A stretch of 64,000 nt of DNA from Macrostomum lignano (Eukaryota), in contig NIVC01000798.1 of assembly GCA_002269645.1 (NCBI GenBank), positions 92,191 to 156,190 of the forward strand, in the 5' to 3' direction. The notes beneath the pieces are model-generated. The model was not told the DNA's origin. It did not search any database and saw only the letters and a list, made by a program, of their open reading frames with translations. Below, piece by piece: positions 23,319 through 37,539 of the stretch. Position 1 is the first letter of the stretch. Each line of letters opens with the position of its first letter. The translations under genes were made by a program, and so were the position numbers.

Positions 23319-24795
23319 GGCAGTGGTTCATAGAGCATGCATCATGGCTAAGCTGTGTCCACAAGGACCTGCTGTAAAATGGTAAGTTTCCTCGATGTCT
23401 CAGCTGCCCGCTACATGTAGCTATCCAATTTATATTCCATTAAAAATGTTGACGTACGACTAAATTTGCGCTGTTGCGTAACACCGACAGTCTCTCTATG
23501 CAGTTAGTTCTATCAATTTTTTCGCCTCAAGCAGCTCAATTGAGAAGCCAATGCTTGGTCAGCGCAGGCCCACAGCCAATATGAAAAAGTAAAACCCCAA
23601 CAGACAGAGATATACGAGCCAGCCGAGGAAAGCGAGATCCCAGGACCGGCACTCTGGCTAACAATAATGCGCACAGTTATTTTTCTTTCTCTAACCTCTC
23701 CCTCACGCTGCAGTCTATCCCTAAGCCTTGATGAGGCATCTTCAGCGCATCCGCAATGGGAATTTGATACCGCTAGCTGGCGGGTAGGGCTCGGAAGGAG
23801 AAGCCAGCTTGCAAATAAGCTTCAGGCCGGACACAGACAGTGGAGCCCACAGTCGAGTGGAATAAAATAGCGACTAATCGAACTGGAAGCGATGATCTCA
23901 AGGCTCTTATCTCTTATGGAGAAATACAGCGACTAGGTTTATAAACTGGCTGGTTGGCTGAGTAACAGTGTAAACATATTCAACAGCAGTAGCTAGTGCC
24001 AGGTGTATTTAAGGGGTCAGGGGGGGGGGGGAGCTTGCCTGATCAAAGTGATTTTACAGGGGCGGTTGTTGTCAATGGAAATTTTTTTGGATCTCATCTA
24101 ACCGAGGGCTGCCGGATGGCCGCGTCACAGGCTGGGGACGGATGGAAATGGGAGAATTTTCCCACTTCAGCGAACCATCAGATCCCGAAGACAAGGCGCA
24201 ATATTTAGTGCGGAGTTGGCCGCCAACCCAACCTCCTCAGCTGGCGCGCCAAGAATGGGAATGCATAATTTAGAATGGTTTCCGCAGTGCCGCATGGCCA
24301 GGTACACTTGCGCTCACTCTCTCCCAGCTCTAACTGCCAGCTACTCAAATCCAGCCAGTATTGGCATCCTGTCCAACCTGCATTTAGCGCCGGCGCCAGC
24401 GGCTAGCTTACCTGGGACCTGCGTATTAAACTTCTTCGGTACGGCGGGAAAGGTAGAAAAAAATAGGAGGGGAAAGAAGACAGACACAGAGAAACGGGAT
24501 GAGGAGATTTTGAGCTGGCCAAAATAATAAAAAAATGTTGCCAAGATGCGAGACACAAGCCACAAGGCGCCATGCAATTAACCCGCGCCCAGATAACAAT
24601 GGCTGAATTATTATTGTCATTAAACAATTGTAACAGAGTTGGCAAGCTCATAATGAGACACCATTATCTAACAGGAGAACTAACAGGGGAGTCCCACAGG
24701 CATTGTTTTTGAAACTAACTGAACTTTGCTAGGTAATAAAATAATTACAATAAAAGTCTTTAATTGAGTTTAATTACCAGGTGAGTTTTAGGTAC

Positions 24796-24910
24796 CCTGG
24801 CGCAACGCCTACGGCGATATTGACATGAGGCAAGTCACACACTCGCTCACACAGGGTGTACAGCAGCCCTTGACTTTCTAATCGTCAGGTACGCTCGTAT
24901 TGTACACTCT
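24796..24910 (-). mobile_element. Dispersed repeat, family 2 (partial copy)
   Basis: CCCTGGCGCAACGCC...GCTCACACAGGGTGTACAGCAGCCCTTGACTTTCTAATCGTCAGG...TGTACAC matches the other copies. Confidence 0.6.
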
Positions 24911-25640
24911 CTTTTTAAGCTAATAAGATTATCCTATCCAGGTGAAAACTATGCTATACTATATAATAAGCTGAAGTTCAAGAATCCTTTCCTTTCTGCG
25001 ATCATTTGAATCGAATAGAATCTTCTACTGAAGCTGATGCAGCGTTAACGACATCAACTTTGAAGAGGTGGCCGATGACATGAAGACATTAGGCAACACG
25101 AAGAATGAGCGCATCGGAAAAAGAGATGAGACAACAAACATGAACGCCTGCAAAGCCTGCAACAATACTGCAGCACAGAGAATGGCTGGGATGTGGCATC
25201 GATCTCCAGACAGGCTGAAAGGAACTCTCGCCTCTCTCTCTGTCTCGTCATCTCTCGCCTTGCAGTGTTTCAAACAGTTTCCCTAAGAACAGCTCACGCG
25301 GCGACACTTGGCCAGCCGTAAGCGGGTTGGAGCGCGAAAAAAAAATTAACCGATGGCGAGAGGAAGGTGAAAAAACACACGCACACACACGTTTCATTGG
25401 CGTTAGTTTCTTTGCTCAGAACCAACTAGAAATTGGCCTCCATTCACGGGTTCTGCTGTGAAGGCCATGGCGCCTAAGCCTTCCAGGTGGGCTCTGGGCG
25501 ATGAGAAGAATGACAGGCATTTAAGTTAGACTGTGAGACCAAACTGAGTGGGAATGTAGATTAATCTCTTAAAAGGATTGGGACAAGATCGCAGGCTCTT
25601 CATCTGAAGAGGATTGCTACATGATTCAAAGAATCTGAGA

Positions 25641-26519
25641 GACAGATTCTCAAGGACTGATGGAGTGGAGACGCAGATTCTGAAGGAATGAGGGAGTGGA
25701 GAGGCAGATTCTCAAGGACTGATGGAGCGGAGAGGCAGATTCTCAAGGAATGAGGGAGTGGAGAGGCAGATTCTCAAGGACTGAGGGAGCGGAGAGGCAG
25801 ATTCTCAAGGAATGAGGGAGTGGAGAGGCAGATTCTCAAGCACTGAGGGAGCGGAGAGGCAGATTCTCAAGCACTGAGGGAGCGGAGAGGCAGATTCTCA
25901 AGGAATGAGGGAATGGAGAGGCAGATTCTCAAGGACTGAGGGAGTGGAGAGGCAGATTCTCAAGGACTGATGGAGCGGAAAGGCAGATTCTCAAGGACTG
26001 AGGGAGTGGAGAGGCAGATTCTCAAGGACTGATGGAGCGGAGGCAGATTCTCAAGCCCTGAGGGAGCGGAGAGGCAGATTCTCAAGGACTGAGGGAGTGG
26101 AGAGGCAGATTCTCAAGGACTGATGGAGCGGAAAGGCCGATTCTCAAGGAGTGAGGGAGCGGAGAGGCAGATTCTCAAGGACTGATGGAGCGGAAAGGCC
26201 GATTCTCAAGGAGTGAGGGAGCGAAGAGGCAGATTCTCAAGCCCTGAGGGAGCGGAGAGGCAGATTCTCAAGGACTGATGGAGCGGAGAGGCTGATTCTC
26301 AAGGACTGAGGGAGCGGAAAGGCCGATTCTCAAGGAGTGAGGGAGCGGAGAGGCAGATTCTCAAGGACTGATGGAGCGGAAAGGCCGATTCTCAAGGAGT
26401 GAGGGAGCGGAGAGGCAGATTCTCAAGCAGTGAGGGAGCGGAGAGGCAGATTCTCAAGGACTGAAGGAGCGGAGAGGCAGATTCTCAAGGACTGACTGAT
26501 GGAGCGGAGAGGCAGATTT
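25641..26519. repeat. 31-bp minisatellite (GATTCTCAAGGACTGAGGGAGCGGAGAGGCA)n
   Basis: TCTCAAGG at 25741 and 25772 (period 31). Confidence 0.95.
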
Positions 26520-27611
26520 GAGGATATGGATCCTATGAGGATAGGATAAGGATAGGGTCTGATTGGAAAACTCCTGTAAACACATCAAGTCTTACATAGC
26601 ATAATAAGGAGCCTAAATTTCAACTTCGCCCCGCAAAAGTGCACAAATACCAGGGCTCAATGCCACCAAAAGCCTGTTAACATGCACTCCAGTGATTTCT
26701 TTGAACTGGAATAGCTTTTTGTTCGCTCCAGCCTCAACTACTAGAACTTGGTCGTGTTTGAGCTCACTGCATTGTTCATTTGAGCGGGTCACCCAGCCGG
26801 TCAAAGGGGATGGAGCCGCCCCTCCCGGCCTAAGCAGGCAAACCAGTGGGCTTCTCTCGTATCGTTTGCGATCGTTTTACTCTCTGTCTCTGTCTCTGGC
26901 TGGGCCGGTCAGATACAACTTGTTCTCGGGCGACAGGCCTTCCTATGCAGCCAAGGCTGGAAAGGTGAACTCTGGGAGTTGGCTGGGCAGGAGGGCGAGA
27001 CACGGGGAGGGGAGAAGCTAGGGAGTTGGGAGGGGAGAGAAGGCTCCAATCCCACATCATAGTTGCTGAGTAAATGAATAATGAATGGTCAGTGGCCGCC
27101 GGAGGGGCTGCCAAACGCAAAGCTGTCCCCTGCCCTGCCCACCTCAGTTTTGCTCTGCTTCAGCACCAGAAGCAGCACCAACCTGTGACATCTCCGTAAA
27201 GTCAACGCTTAGGCGCTTTGAGCAGATCCTGAATAGACCAGCGGCTCTGCTGTGAACACTGGTAGAGATAAATAAAGCTACAAGCCTGCACGCCAAGAGA
27301 TGGGGAGAAGACAAAGAAGCTGGGGAAAAAAGCAGAATAGGAGAAAGGGAGATTCTCCGCTGCTGAGGTGTACACGGCAAAAAAGCACTAAAACCCTCCC
27401 TAGGTTATTCGCTTGACTTTCTGCAACTCGTCCCAAACATTTACAGCGCAACAATTCCACAGCTTTATAATGCAGAATTTAAAAAAACCTTTTATTATTC
27501 AGCGTTTTGGTTGAAAGAGTATTTAGCTCTTTACCGGTGCTCTGATGGCGCGGATTGCTATGACCGTGACAAAGCCTGAGACTGGAATAAAAATATTTTT
27601 AAAAAACTTAC

Positions 27612-27723
27612 CAGCCGAGACGCCGGAGCTCAGTAACAATAATAGCAGAAGCAGCAGCGGCATTGAGACAGTGAATTCTGAGTGGCCGAACCGTCCGACC
27701 ATAGCAACTAGTCTGCTAGACAT
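27612..27723 (-). CDS. Alternative first coding exon A: signal peptide
   Basis: ATG at 27723 just after a possible acceptor (cacaacag|GTATG); MSSRLVAMVGRFGHSEFTVSMPLLLLLLLLLSSGVSA (37 codons + 1 nt), consensus donor CTG|GTAAGT in phase 1; G|AG joins to E-EARITQGP of the Ig exon. Confidence 0.75.
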
Positions 27724-29077
27724 ACCTGTTGTGACGGCGGTAATTATACTGTGTATATTATATATACTATACTGAATCCGCTGCAGCATTACACTGATGC
27801 TGTTGCTGCATTTTTGGCAGCTAGTCAGCTAGATTGAGACTGGCTGCGTTCTCAATCTAGCTAATTCGGTCCAGCTATCGGACACACACACACACACGTG
27901 GGGGCGGCACAGGCGTTACGGGAAACTGCGCGCACTCAATGACACAAATACGGAAACACAGAGAAAAAAGGATTCGAAAGTTCGATGCAAAATCTCCGCG
28001 ACAATATCGCTTAAAAGTGTATCTTTGTGTTTAGAAATAGTATTGGAAGTAAAATTGGACTGTCAGAAACAGCCATATAAACCGATGAAGCCTCAGAAGC
28101 CTTCAGTCAGCCAGAAAAACTGGGCCGACCAATCAGCGCCGTTCCAGCTCAATAAGTGTGTCAGTGGACTCAGCCTTGCTCCCTGCCAATCCGACAGTCC
28201 GCTAAATCCAACTTGAACCGTCAAATCTTAAGCACTGCTAATCATTTTAATCAGTTTTCTCGCCTACTGACCCTAGTAGAAACTCTAATGAGCAGCTCTT
28301 TATCGAAGATTGACGCTTGGCCGAAGTTCTCCCCGACAGTATAGTAGGCATAAGGAACTCATCTGGAACACTTAAGCCTGGATTCCCAGCTCCCCGGGGT
28401 TGTTACTGGCAAATGTTTCTGCACGTATAGTCATGCTCAGACCGCCTAGCAGCAGCAACGGCAGGGCACTCGTTAGTGCTGCTGCTGCTGTGTGACTCTG
28501 GGAGAGAGAGAGCAGAAAATGAAATTTATGGCCTGCAGAAACGAAAGCAGTAGACGATTTTCGAACAGAGAGCCTCATCTAATAATCACTACTCAATTTC
28601 GGTTCTTGTCAAAGTACTAGTAGATCATCCAGAGGGGCGAGCGCTATCCCTAAGCGATCCCAGTGCTGCGCCATTAAGCTATTAGTGTGAGAATTGCTAT
28701 CTAGTTAACCAGTGTTGACAGAGAGGTAAAGAAGAATAATGGGTAGGGTAGGTACGAAAATAGGATGCGAGGTGTTTTTTTAACTTCGTCAGCATGCAAT
28801 GAAGAATGAACCAGCTAGTTTGAACACGAATTATGGGAGCTCTACTGACTAAAGCAAAGTTGACAGGCCTCGCACTAAAAGGTGAATATGAATATGAATG
28901 CTTCGGCTAAGTTCTATTTCTGGGCATGAAAATTCATTCATTCATATTCACAAGACATTTAATCTATGAAATATGGAACAGAAAAAAAACTAAAAAGTAT
29001 TTTTAAGTGACATACTTCATTAAAGATATGAATAATAAATAAAATCTCTAATGAGCGACATTTCGATAGCGATATTT

Positions 29078-29866
29078 TGACATCTCATGGCCGAAATCCC
29101 GACAGCTCATGGCCGACATCCCGACATCTCATGGCCGACATCCCGACAGCTCATGGCCGACATCCCGACATCTCATGGCCGACATCCCGACAGCTCATAG
29201 CCGACATCCCGACAGCTCATGACAGACATCCCGACATCTCATGACAGACATCTCGACATCTCATGGCCGACATCCCGACAGCTCATGACAGACATCCCGA
29301 CATCTCATGGCCGACATCCCGACAGCTCATGACAGACATCCCGACATCTCATGACAGACATCTCGACATCTCATGGCCGACATCCCGACATCTCATGACA
29401 GACATCTCGACATCTCATGGCCGACATCCCGACAGCTCATGACAGACATCCCGACATCTCATGGGCGACATCCCGACAGCTCATGACAGACATCTCGACA
29501 TCTCATGGCCGACATCCCGACAGCTCATGACAGACATCTCGACATCTCATGGCCGACATCCAGACAGCTCATGACAGACATCCCGACAGCTCATGACAGA
29601 CATCCCGACATCTCATGGCCGACATCCCGACAGCTCATGACAGACATCCCGACATCTCATGACAGACATCTCGACATCTCATGGCCGACATCCAGACAGC
29701 TCATGGCCGACATCCAGACAGCTCATGACAGACATCCCGACATCTCATGGCCGACATCCCGACAGCTCATGACAGACATCTCGACATCTCATGGCCGACA
29801 TCCCGACAGCTCATGACAGACATCTCGACATCTCATGGCCGACATCCAGACAGCTCATAGCCGACA
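29078..29866. repeat. 22-bp minisatellite (GACATCCCGACAGCTCATGGCC)n
   Basis: Visible tandem unit with GGCC/GACA and CCC/CTC variants. Confidence 0.95.
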
Positions 29867-30768
29867 TTCCTTCATCTCTCATGGGAGATATCCCGACATC
29901 GCATGAGCGAAATTCTGATAGCTCATGGGCGACATTCCGACAGTTCATGTGCGACATCTCGACATCTCGACATCCCAACAGCTCTCTCGTGAGCGACATC
30001 ATTCATAAGCGACATCTATCATGAGCAACTGTTTGCTACTTGGAATCCATCCAAAAGCAAATTGTAGGAAAATTGAAGCAGTAAAAAGAATGACAAAAAA
30101 GGAAACCGAAAATGCAGTACGCAGCCTAGAATAGCATGGCTGCAAGAGATAACAAATCGATGAAGAAGCTTTCAATGAAAGCATTAAATAAGGGGATTTC
30201 GATCCTCTAAATTTGCTAGCAGATACAAATACAAAAGCAGTAGCAGACTCCAGCTTCTCCCCCATCAATATTCATGCTCTCAATAAACGCCGGGACCGCA
30301 GGCAGTTTGAGTCAAATGAATAAATTAGTAGAGTACTCTCTATCGCACTGAGTCCGACCAAGCAACGCGATGCGGCTGAGTCCCGAATGCAAGACAAGCT
30401 GCATGAGCACGGCACTCAAAAACTAACTGGTGACAGGCAAGGTGTGAAAAGGTAAGCTATTAGGTACAGTTTAGATTCTCCTAGATACGTAGAAGGCGTG
30501 AATGCTATGGAAGAGTGAATCTGCAGCAAGTTGAGCATTAATTTCTGAGCTGCTCAAATGCGACCTGGCAACCAGACTAATATATGAGTACAATAATGAT
30601 AATGAAGATTTTGAAGCTGGCAAGCCTCACTTAATACCAGATCTTGATCAACTAACTAAACAGAATCTAACAAGATAAACTGTTTAAAAAACTCTACTTG
30701 TGAATGAATAATAATGCTAGACTATTTATTTTTTACCTCAAGTGCCAGATAAAAAATTCAGCTCATAA

Positions 30769-30930
30769 GAGAGAGGAGAGGCAAGAGAAGAGAAGAGAGG
30801 AGAGAAGAGATGGGAGAGTTTTAAAGGGGAGAGAAAAAGAGAGGGAAGAGAAGCAGGGAGGGGAGAGAGGAGAGAGAGTAGAGTGAGAGGAGAGAAGAGG
30901 GGAGAGAATTGAGAGAGAAGAGAAAAGAAC
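30769..30930. repeat. GA-rich low-complexity tract
   Basis: Nearly all purines on the plus strand. Confidence 0.85.
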
Positions 30931-31620
30931 TGAGAAGTATATAATACGATGCAGTATTGGCTACTAACAGTAGGCAATCAAAACCTCATAAGTATAAACA
31001 ATGAAAATAACAACTATCGCATTCTAATATACCAAGCTGACTACTGAACAGCAGTAGTGTGTAGGCCTAGCTAGTCTAGATCTAGGATCTGCACCCAGAC
31101 CACCAATTAGCACACATTCCGGCCCATCAAATAAGCTTAGCTTAGCCTCCTGCCCCCCCCCCCCTTGGTGACTAATCAGTTATGAGTAACAGGATTCTGG
31201 AAACACCCAGTTGATGAAGCTGCGATGACAGGTTAGCGTAGTTGCTAGGCAGCTATCCTTTTCAACTTAACTTATTAAAAAAAACTGAAAAACCGAAAGC
31301 AAAAAAGCGAAAACTGAAAAGCGAACGTTCAATCCTATTTAGCAAAAAGCCCAACACAGGATAAACAAATCCAGATTTAAAATGATATACCAATCAAAAC
31401 AAATGATTAGAATATAACAAATTAGGATAAGTTTGAAGGACTAAAAAATACCACCGTAGCTTACTGAACTCTTTGGCATAACGGGATTTGCTTCTCCAGT
31501 TACCTTTTGCGATATCTGGTTTCCTCATTTATAAATAATTGACACGATGGATATCGCGCCGACGGTCAACTATGCTCCTGTCTGCATTGTTATCTGCATG
31601 TTAAATCCATTTTCACTCAT

Positions 31621-33605
31621 ATACCTGTCTGCTTATCTACCTGTATGCTTATCTACCTGTCTGCTTATCTACCTGTCTGCTTATCTACCTGTATGCTTAT
31701 CTACCTGTCTGCTTATCTACCTGTCTGCTTATCTACCTGTATGCTTATCTACCTGTCTGCTTATCTACCTGTATGCTTATCTACCTGTCTGCTTATCTAC
31801 CTGTCTGCTTATCTACCTGTCTGCTTATCTACCTGTATGCTTATCTACCTGTCTGCTTATCTACCTGTCTGCTTATCTACCTGTCTGCTTATCTACCTGT
31901 CTGCTTATCTACCTGTATGCTTATCTACCTGTCTGCTTATCTACCTGTATGCTTATCTACCTGTCTGCTTATCTACCTGTATGCTTATCTACCTGTCTGC
32001 TTATCTACCTGTCTGCTTATCTACCTGTATGCTTATCTACCTGTCTGCTTATCTACCTGTATGCTTATCTACCTGTATGCTTATCTACCTGTTTGCTTAT
32101 CTACCTGTCTGCTTATCTACCTGTATGCTTATCTACCTGTCTGCTTATCTACCTGTCTGCTTATCTACCTGTCTGCTTATCTACCTGTATGCTTATCTAC
32201 CTGTCTGCTTATCTACCTGTATGCTTATCTACCTGTCTGCTTATCTACCTGTATGCTTATCTACCTGTCTGCTTATCTACCTGTCTGCTTATCTACCTGT
32301 CTGCTTATCTACCTGTTTGCTTATCTACCTGTATGCTTATCTACCTGTCTGCTTATCTACCTGTATGCTTATCTACCTGTATGCTTATCTACCTGTCTGC
32401 TTATCTACCTGTATGCTTATCTACCTGTCTGCTTATCTACCTGTATGCTTATCTATCTGTTTGCTTATCTACCTGTCTCTTATCTACCTGTCTGTTTATC
32501 CATCTGTCTGCTTATCTACCTGTCTGCTTATCTACCTGTCTGCTTATCTATCTGTTTGCCTATCTACCTGTCTCTTATCTACCTGTATGCCTATCTACCT
32601 GTTTGCTTATCTACCTGTCTGCTTATCTACCTGTATGCTTATCTACCTGTTTGCTTATCTACCTGTATGCTTATCTACCTGTCTGCTTATCTACCTGTCT
32701 GCTTATCTACCTGTTTGCTTATCTACCTGTCTGCTTATCTACCTGTATGCTTATCTACCTGTCTGCTTATCTACCTGTCTGCTTATCTACCTGTATGCTT
32801 ATCTACCTGTCTGCTTATCTACCTGTATGCTTATCTACCTGTCTGCTTATCTACCTGTATGCTTATCTATCTGTTTGCTTATCTACCTGTCTCTTATCTA
32901 CCTGTCTGTTTATCCATCTGTCTGCTTATCTACCTGTCTGCTTATCTACCTGTCTGCTTATCTATCTGTTTGCCTATCTACCTGTCTCTTATCTACCTGT
33001 ATGCCTATCTACCTGTTTGCTTATCTACCTGTCTGCTTATCTACCTGTATGCTTATCTACCTGTCTGCTTATCTACCTGTCTGCTTATCTACCTGTCTGC
33101 TTTTCTACCTGTATGCTTATCTATCTGTTTGCTTATCTACCTGTCTCTTATCTACCTGTCTGCTTATCCATCTGTCTGCTTATCTACCTGTCTGCTTATC
33201 TACCTGTCTGCTTATCTATCTGTTTGCCTATCTACCTGTCTCTTATCTACCTGTCTGCTTATCTACCTGTCTGCTTATCTACCTGTTTGCTTATCTACCT
33301 GTATGCTTATCTACCTGTCTGCTTATCTACCTGTATGCTTATCTACCTGTCTGCTTATCTACCTGTATGCTTATCTATCTGTTTGCTTATCTACCTGTAT
33401 GCTTATCTACCTGTCTGCTTATCTACCTGTATGCTTATCTATCTGTTTGCTTATCTACCTGTCTCTTATCTACCTGTCTGCTTATCCATCTGTCTGCTTA
33501 TCTACCTGTCTGCTTATCTACCTGTCTGCTTATCTATCTGTTTGCCTATCTACCTGTCTCTTATCTACATGTATGCCTATCTACCTGTTTGCTTATCTAC
33601 CTGTC
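31621..33605. repeat. 16-bp minisatellite (TATCTACCTGTCTGCT)n, about 125 copies
   Basis: Visible unit; explains the three ~700-aa LSTCLLIYLSAYLPVC ORFs. Confidence 0.97.
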
Positions 33606-34489
33606 TGCATATCCACCCATCCCAATGCTCTCCCATCTCAAAAGCTGAGCTCGCATCGCAGTCAAGAAATTATTCTGTATGACGTCGTTTATTCCACACT
33701 TCTGCACCTGTCCGCTAATTATCACCCCTCTGTTTTCCCATTATTAATTCTCTACATTTTGCCTTCACAAACTATAATCCATGAACCCCGTCCCCCCTAT
33801 TATCTTGACAGTCAATTGATCTCTGTAACCCCTTTATCCGACTCGCCCTAATGAAGCGACCCAACCAGTGCTCAGATTAAAGGGCGCAAAATACATGCCG
33901 GATGCCGGCAACAAAGCCTTCTTTAGTGCATGACAACGCCCATGTGCCGACCAGAGAGCAAAGGAAACAACTCGACAGACACATTAACAGGTGCTTTTTA
34001 ACTGCTCGCCTGTCTCTATGCCTCTGTTCCCCTGTCATCGCCAGCTGCCTCTCCTGTGTGCTCTGCCGCAGGTAAATAATCAATAATACGCTGGATGGAA
34101 ACGCAAACGAGGATTCGATCGGATCGCGGAACCCGAGTGCTCCTGAACTAAGGAGACGCAGCCCCGCCCCCGGAGCTGGTAAACTGGAGGGGGAGAGGGA
34201 ATTTCAATGTGCAGAAGGCGGAAAGCAGATGAGAGGATCTTCCTGCTGTCAATTTTCTGTTCTAGCGTTATTATTTTCTAAACTTAAAAAATGATTGCGT
34301 CAGAGAGCGGAACTTCCGTTGTCAGGGGCAACTATCTATCTCTTTCTTCACAGTCTGTTGCGCAATGGCTAAGACGACAAGATTTCTGGCGTGGGGAGAC
34401 CGATTCTCCCCACGGAGACCGAGTCAACGTAATTAGAGAAAATTGCTTCTTAACGCCAGAAACCCGGTATTGAAAATTGAAACGGAAAG

Positions 34490-35160
34490 AAAGAAAGAAA
34501 GAAAGAAGTGAATGACAGAGGGAGATAACGAAAGGGAGATGACAGAAAGGAGATGGAAAATAGGAGTTGGGAGAAGGAAGATAAAAGATGTGAGATCAAG
34601 AAGAAAGACAAGAGAAATGAGATAAGAGACAAAATGAGAGAAGAGAGATGATGAAGGGAGACGAGACTAGGGAGAGAGGAGAAGAGATACGAGAGAAGAC
34701 AGCCGAGAGAAGAGAGACGAGAGGGGGGAGACGAGAGAAGACAGCCGAGAGAAGAGAGACGAGAGGGGGGAGACGAGAGAAGAGAGACGAGAAGACGAGA
34801 GACGAAAGGAGAGAGACGAGAGGAGAGAGACGGGAGGAGAGAGACGAGAGGAGAGAGACGGGAGGAGAGAGACGAGGAGAGAAACGAGAGAAGAGAGATG
34901 AAGAAGGGAGATGAGAGAAGAGAGACGAGAGGAGAGAGACGAGAGGAGAGAGACGAGAGGAGAGAGACAAGAGAATAGAGACGAGAGGAGAAAGATGAAG
35001 AAGTGAGACGAGAGAAGAGAGACGAGATGAGAGAGACGAGGGGAAAGGGACGAGAGGAGAGAAACGAGAGAAGAGAGATGAGAGAAGACAGACGAGAGAA
35101 GACAGAAAAGAGAAGACAGACAAGAGAAGAGAGACGAGAGACGAGAGAAGGGAGACGAGA
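34490..35160. repeat. GA-rich degenerate repeat (GAGAC/GAGAG/GAGAA)
   Basis: Polypurine low-complexity tract. Confidence 0.85.
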
Positions 35161-35747
35161 GTAGGTTGTATAAAGATCGTAAGCAGGTACAAAAAGCAAA
35201 GCCACAAACTCACAAGGCAGAGTGCAAATATGCCATCTTCCTAAATCGGCGAAAAGAGAATAAAAAAGGGGCGGCAACTCGGGGGAGGGGGGGCGCGTGG
35301 CCGAATTTTCAACAAAACCGCGGTCGGGCCGGACGGACGAAAAAAATAATAGACAGAAGCGAGACTGACGGGATGGGCGAGATTTGGAGGCGGACAGGGA
35401 GAAAGCGGAGAACGGAAGAGAATGATTAAATGCTCCGCTATCAGAAGGGAATTAGGAGGCTGAGCCGGCAGAAAGTTGGTCGCTAAGGTCTGAAATCGCA
35501 CGCTCTAGAATCTGAAGGACCGTCAGTCTTTGCAGGAAAGATTAGAATTGCGCTCAGCCCTTGAGTCTCTTGAGGGGATGGAGTTCTCTGTGCTCTGGCA
35601 ATCTATTTTTTACCCTTCCAAAACCAAGAAACTTTAAAAAACTGCGTCGAGTCGGTGCATAAAAATTGGGCCAAAATAGCTATGATGCTCGCATGGGCTG
35701 GTCTCACTCCTGTCTGAGATTCTGGCTACCTTTGCTCATTTAGTCAG

Positions 35748-36768
<1,021 letters not shown>

Positions 36769-37387
36769 TGCAACCGGCCTGCACGCAGGTGTTACGCAAC
36801 AAAATCACTGGCAGCTACGCAGCTCAGGCGAGGTCAGCTAGCTGGGCACTAATCCAGGCTACAAAGCCGCTCCCATCCGTGTCTGCATAGCGCAGCTAGG
36901 CCTTGAGTCAAGCCGGCCCCACCCCAGCAATCCCACGCCAGAGCCCGGTGCTAAACGGCTACGAGGGGGGGGGGGAATATGAGAAATAATTGCCGCAGCC
37001 CCACTGCAGAGCTGGGCATGTCAGACTGTCAGTCGGATTGGCATAATCTGGCATGGGACACGATTTTGCCTAGCATAAAAGCCAAGTAGAAGCCGATTGA
37101 GAAAAATATTCGCTAAAAACTTTGCAAATTGTGAGTGAGTCAAAATCGCAGTCAAAATGCGAATTGCGAAAACAACATGAACTGCTGCAGATTAAAACAA
37201 AAGTAGTTAATTGCTTTTTAAATTACAGGTAAAAAGTAATAGAAGCAGACGAATTGCATGGCTTCCGAGAATCAATCAACGAAAAGTTAATTATCGAATC
37301 CCTATAGCCGATTACTTCGATTAGATTATTGAAGTTGCTACGAAATGATCGAAGCTCAAAAAGCTGAATGATCGAAATGACCGAAAC

Positions 37388-37484
37388 TCAAGGAAGCCTT
37401 AGAAAACTAAGGCTTCCTTGAACTGTACAGTATAAAATCTATACGTATATAGTCTACTATTGACTATAATTAACCATTGGTTAA
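37388..37484. other. Cluster of five adjacent palindromes/hairpins
   Basis: TCAAGGAAGCCTTAG-AAAA-CTAAGGCTTCCTTGA; ACTGTACAGT; TATACGTATA; TATAGTC-N7-GACTATA; TTAACCA-T-TGGTTAA. Confidence 0.8.
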
Positions 37485-37539
37485 GCAGCTGAGACAAATA
37501 AAGGAGACGGAAACAGGAGAGTGCAGAACCGAGAGCAGA

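Noticed and set aside
20138-23338. Long minus-strand ORFs (up to 494 aa)
   Set aside because: Artefact of the 28-bp satellite; the frames are circular permutations of one another.
25040-25286. Plus-strand peptide NDINFEEVADDMK...
   Set aside because: No recognisable homology or exon boundaries.
31547-33851. Three ~700-aa Leu/Cys/Tyr-rich ORFs
   Set aside because: Artefact of the 16-bp satellite.
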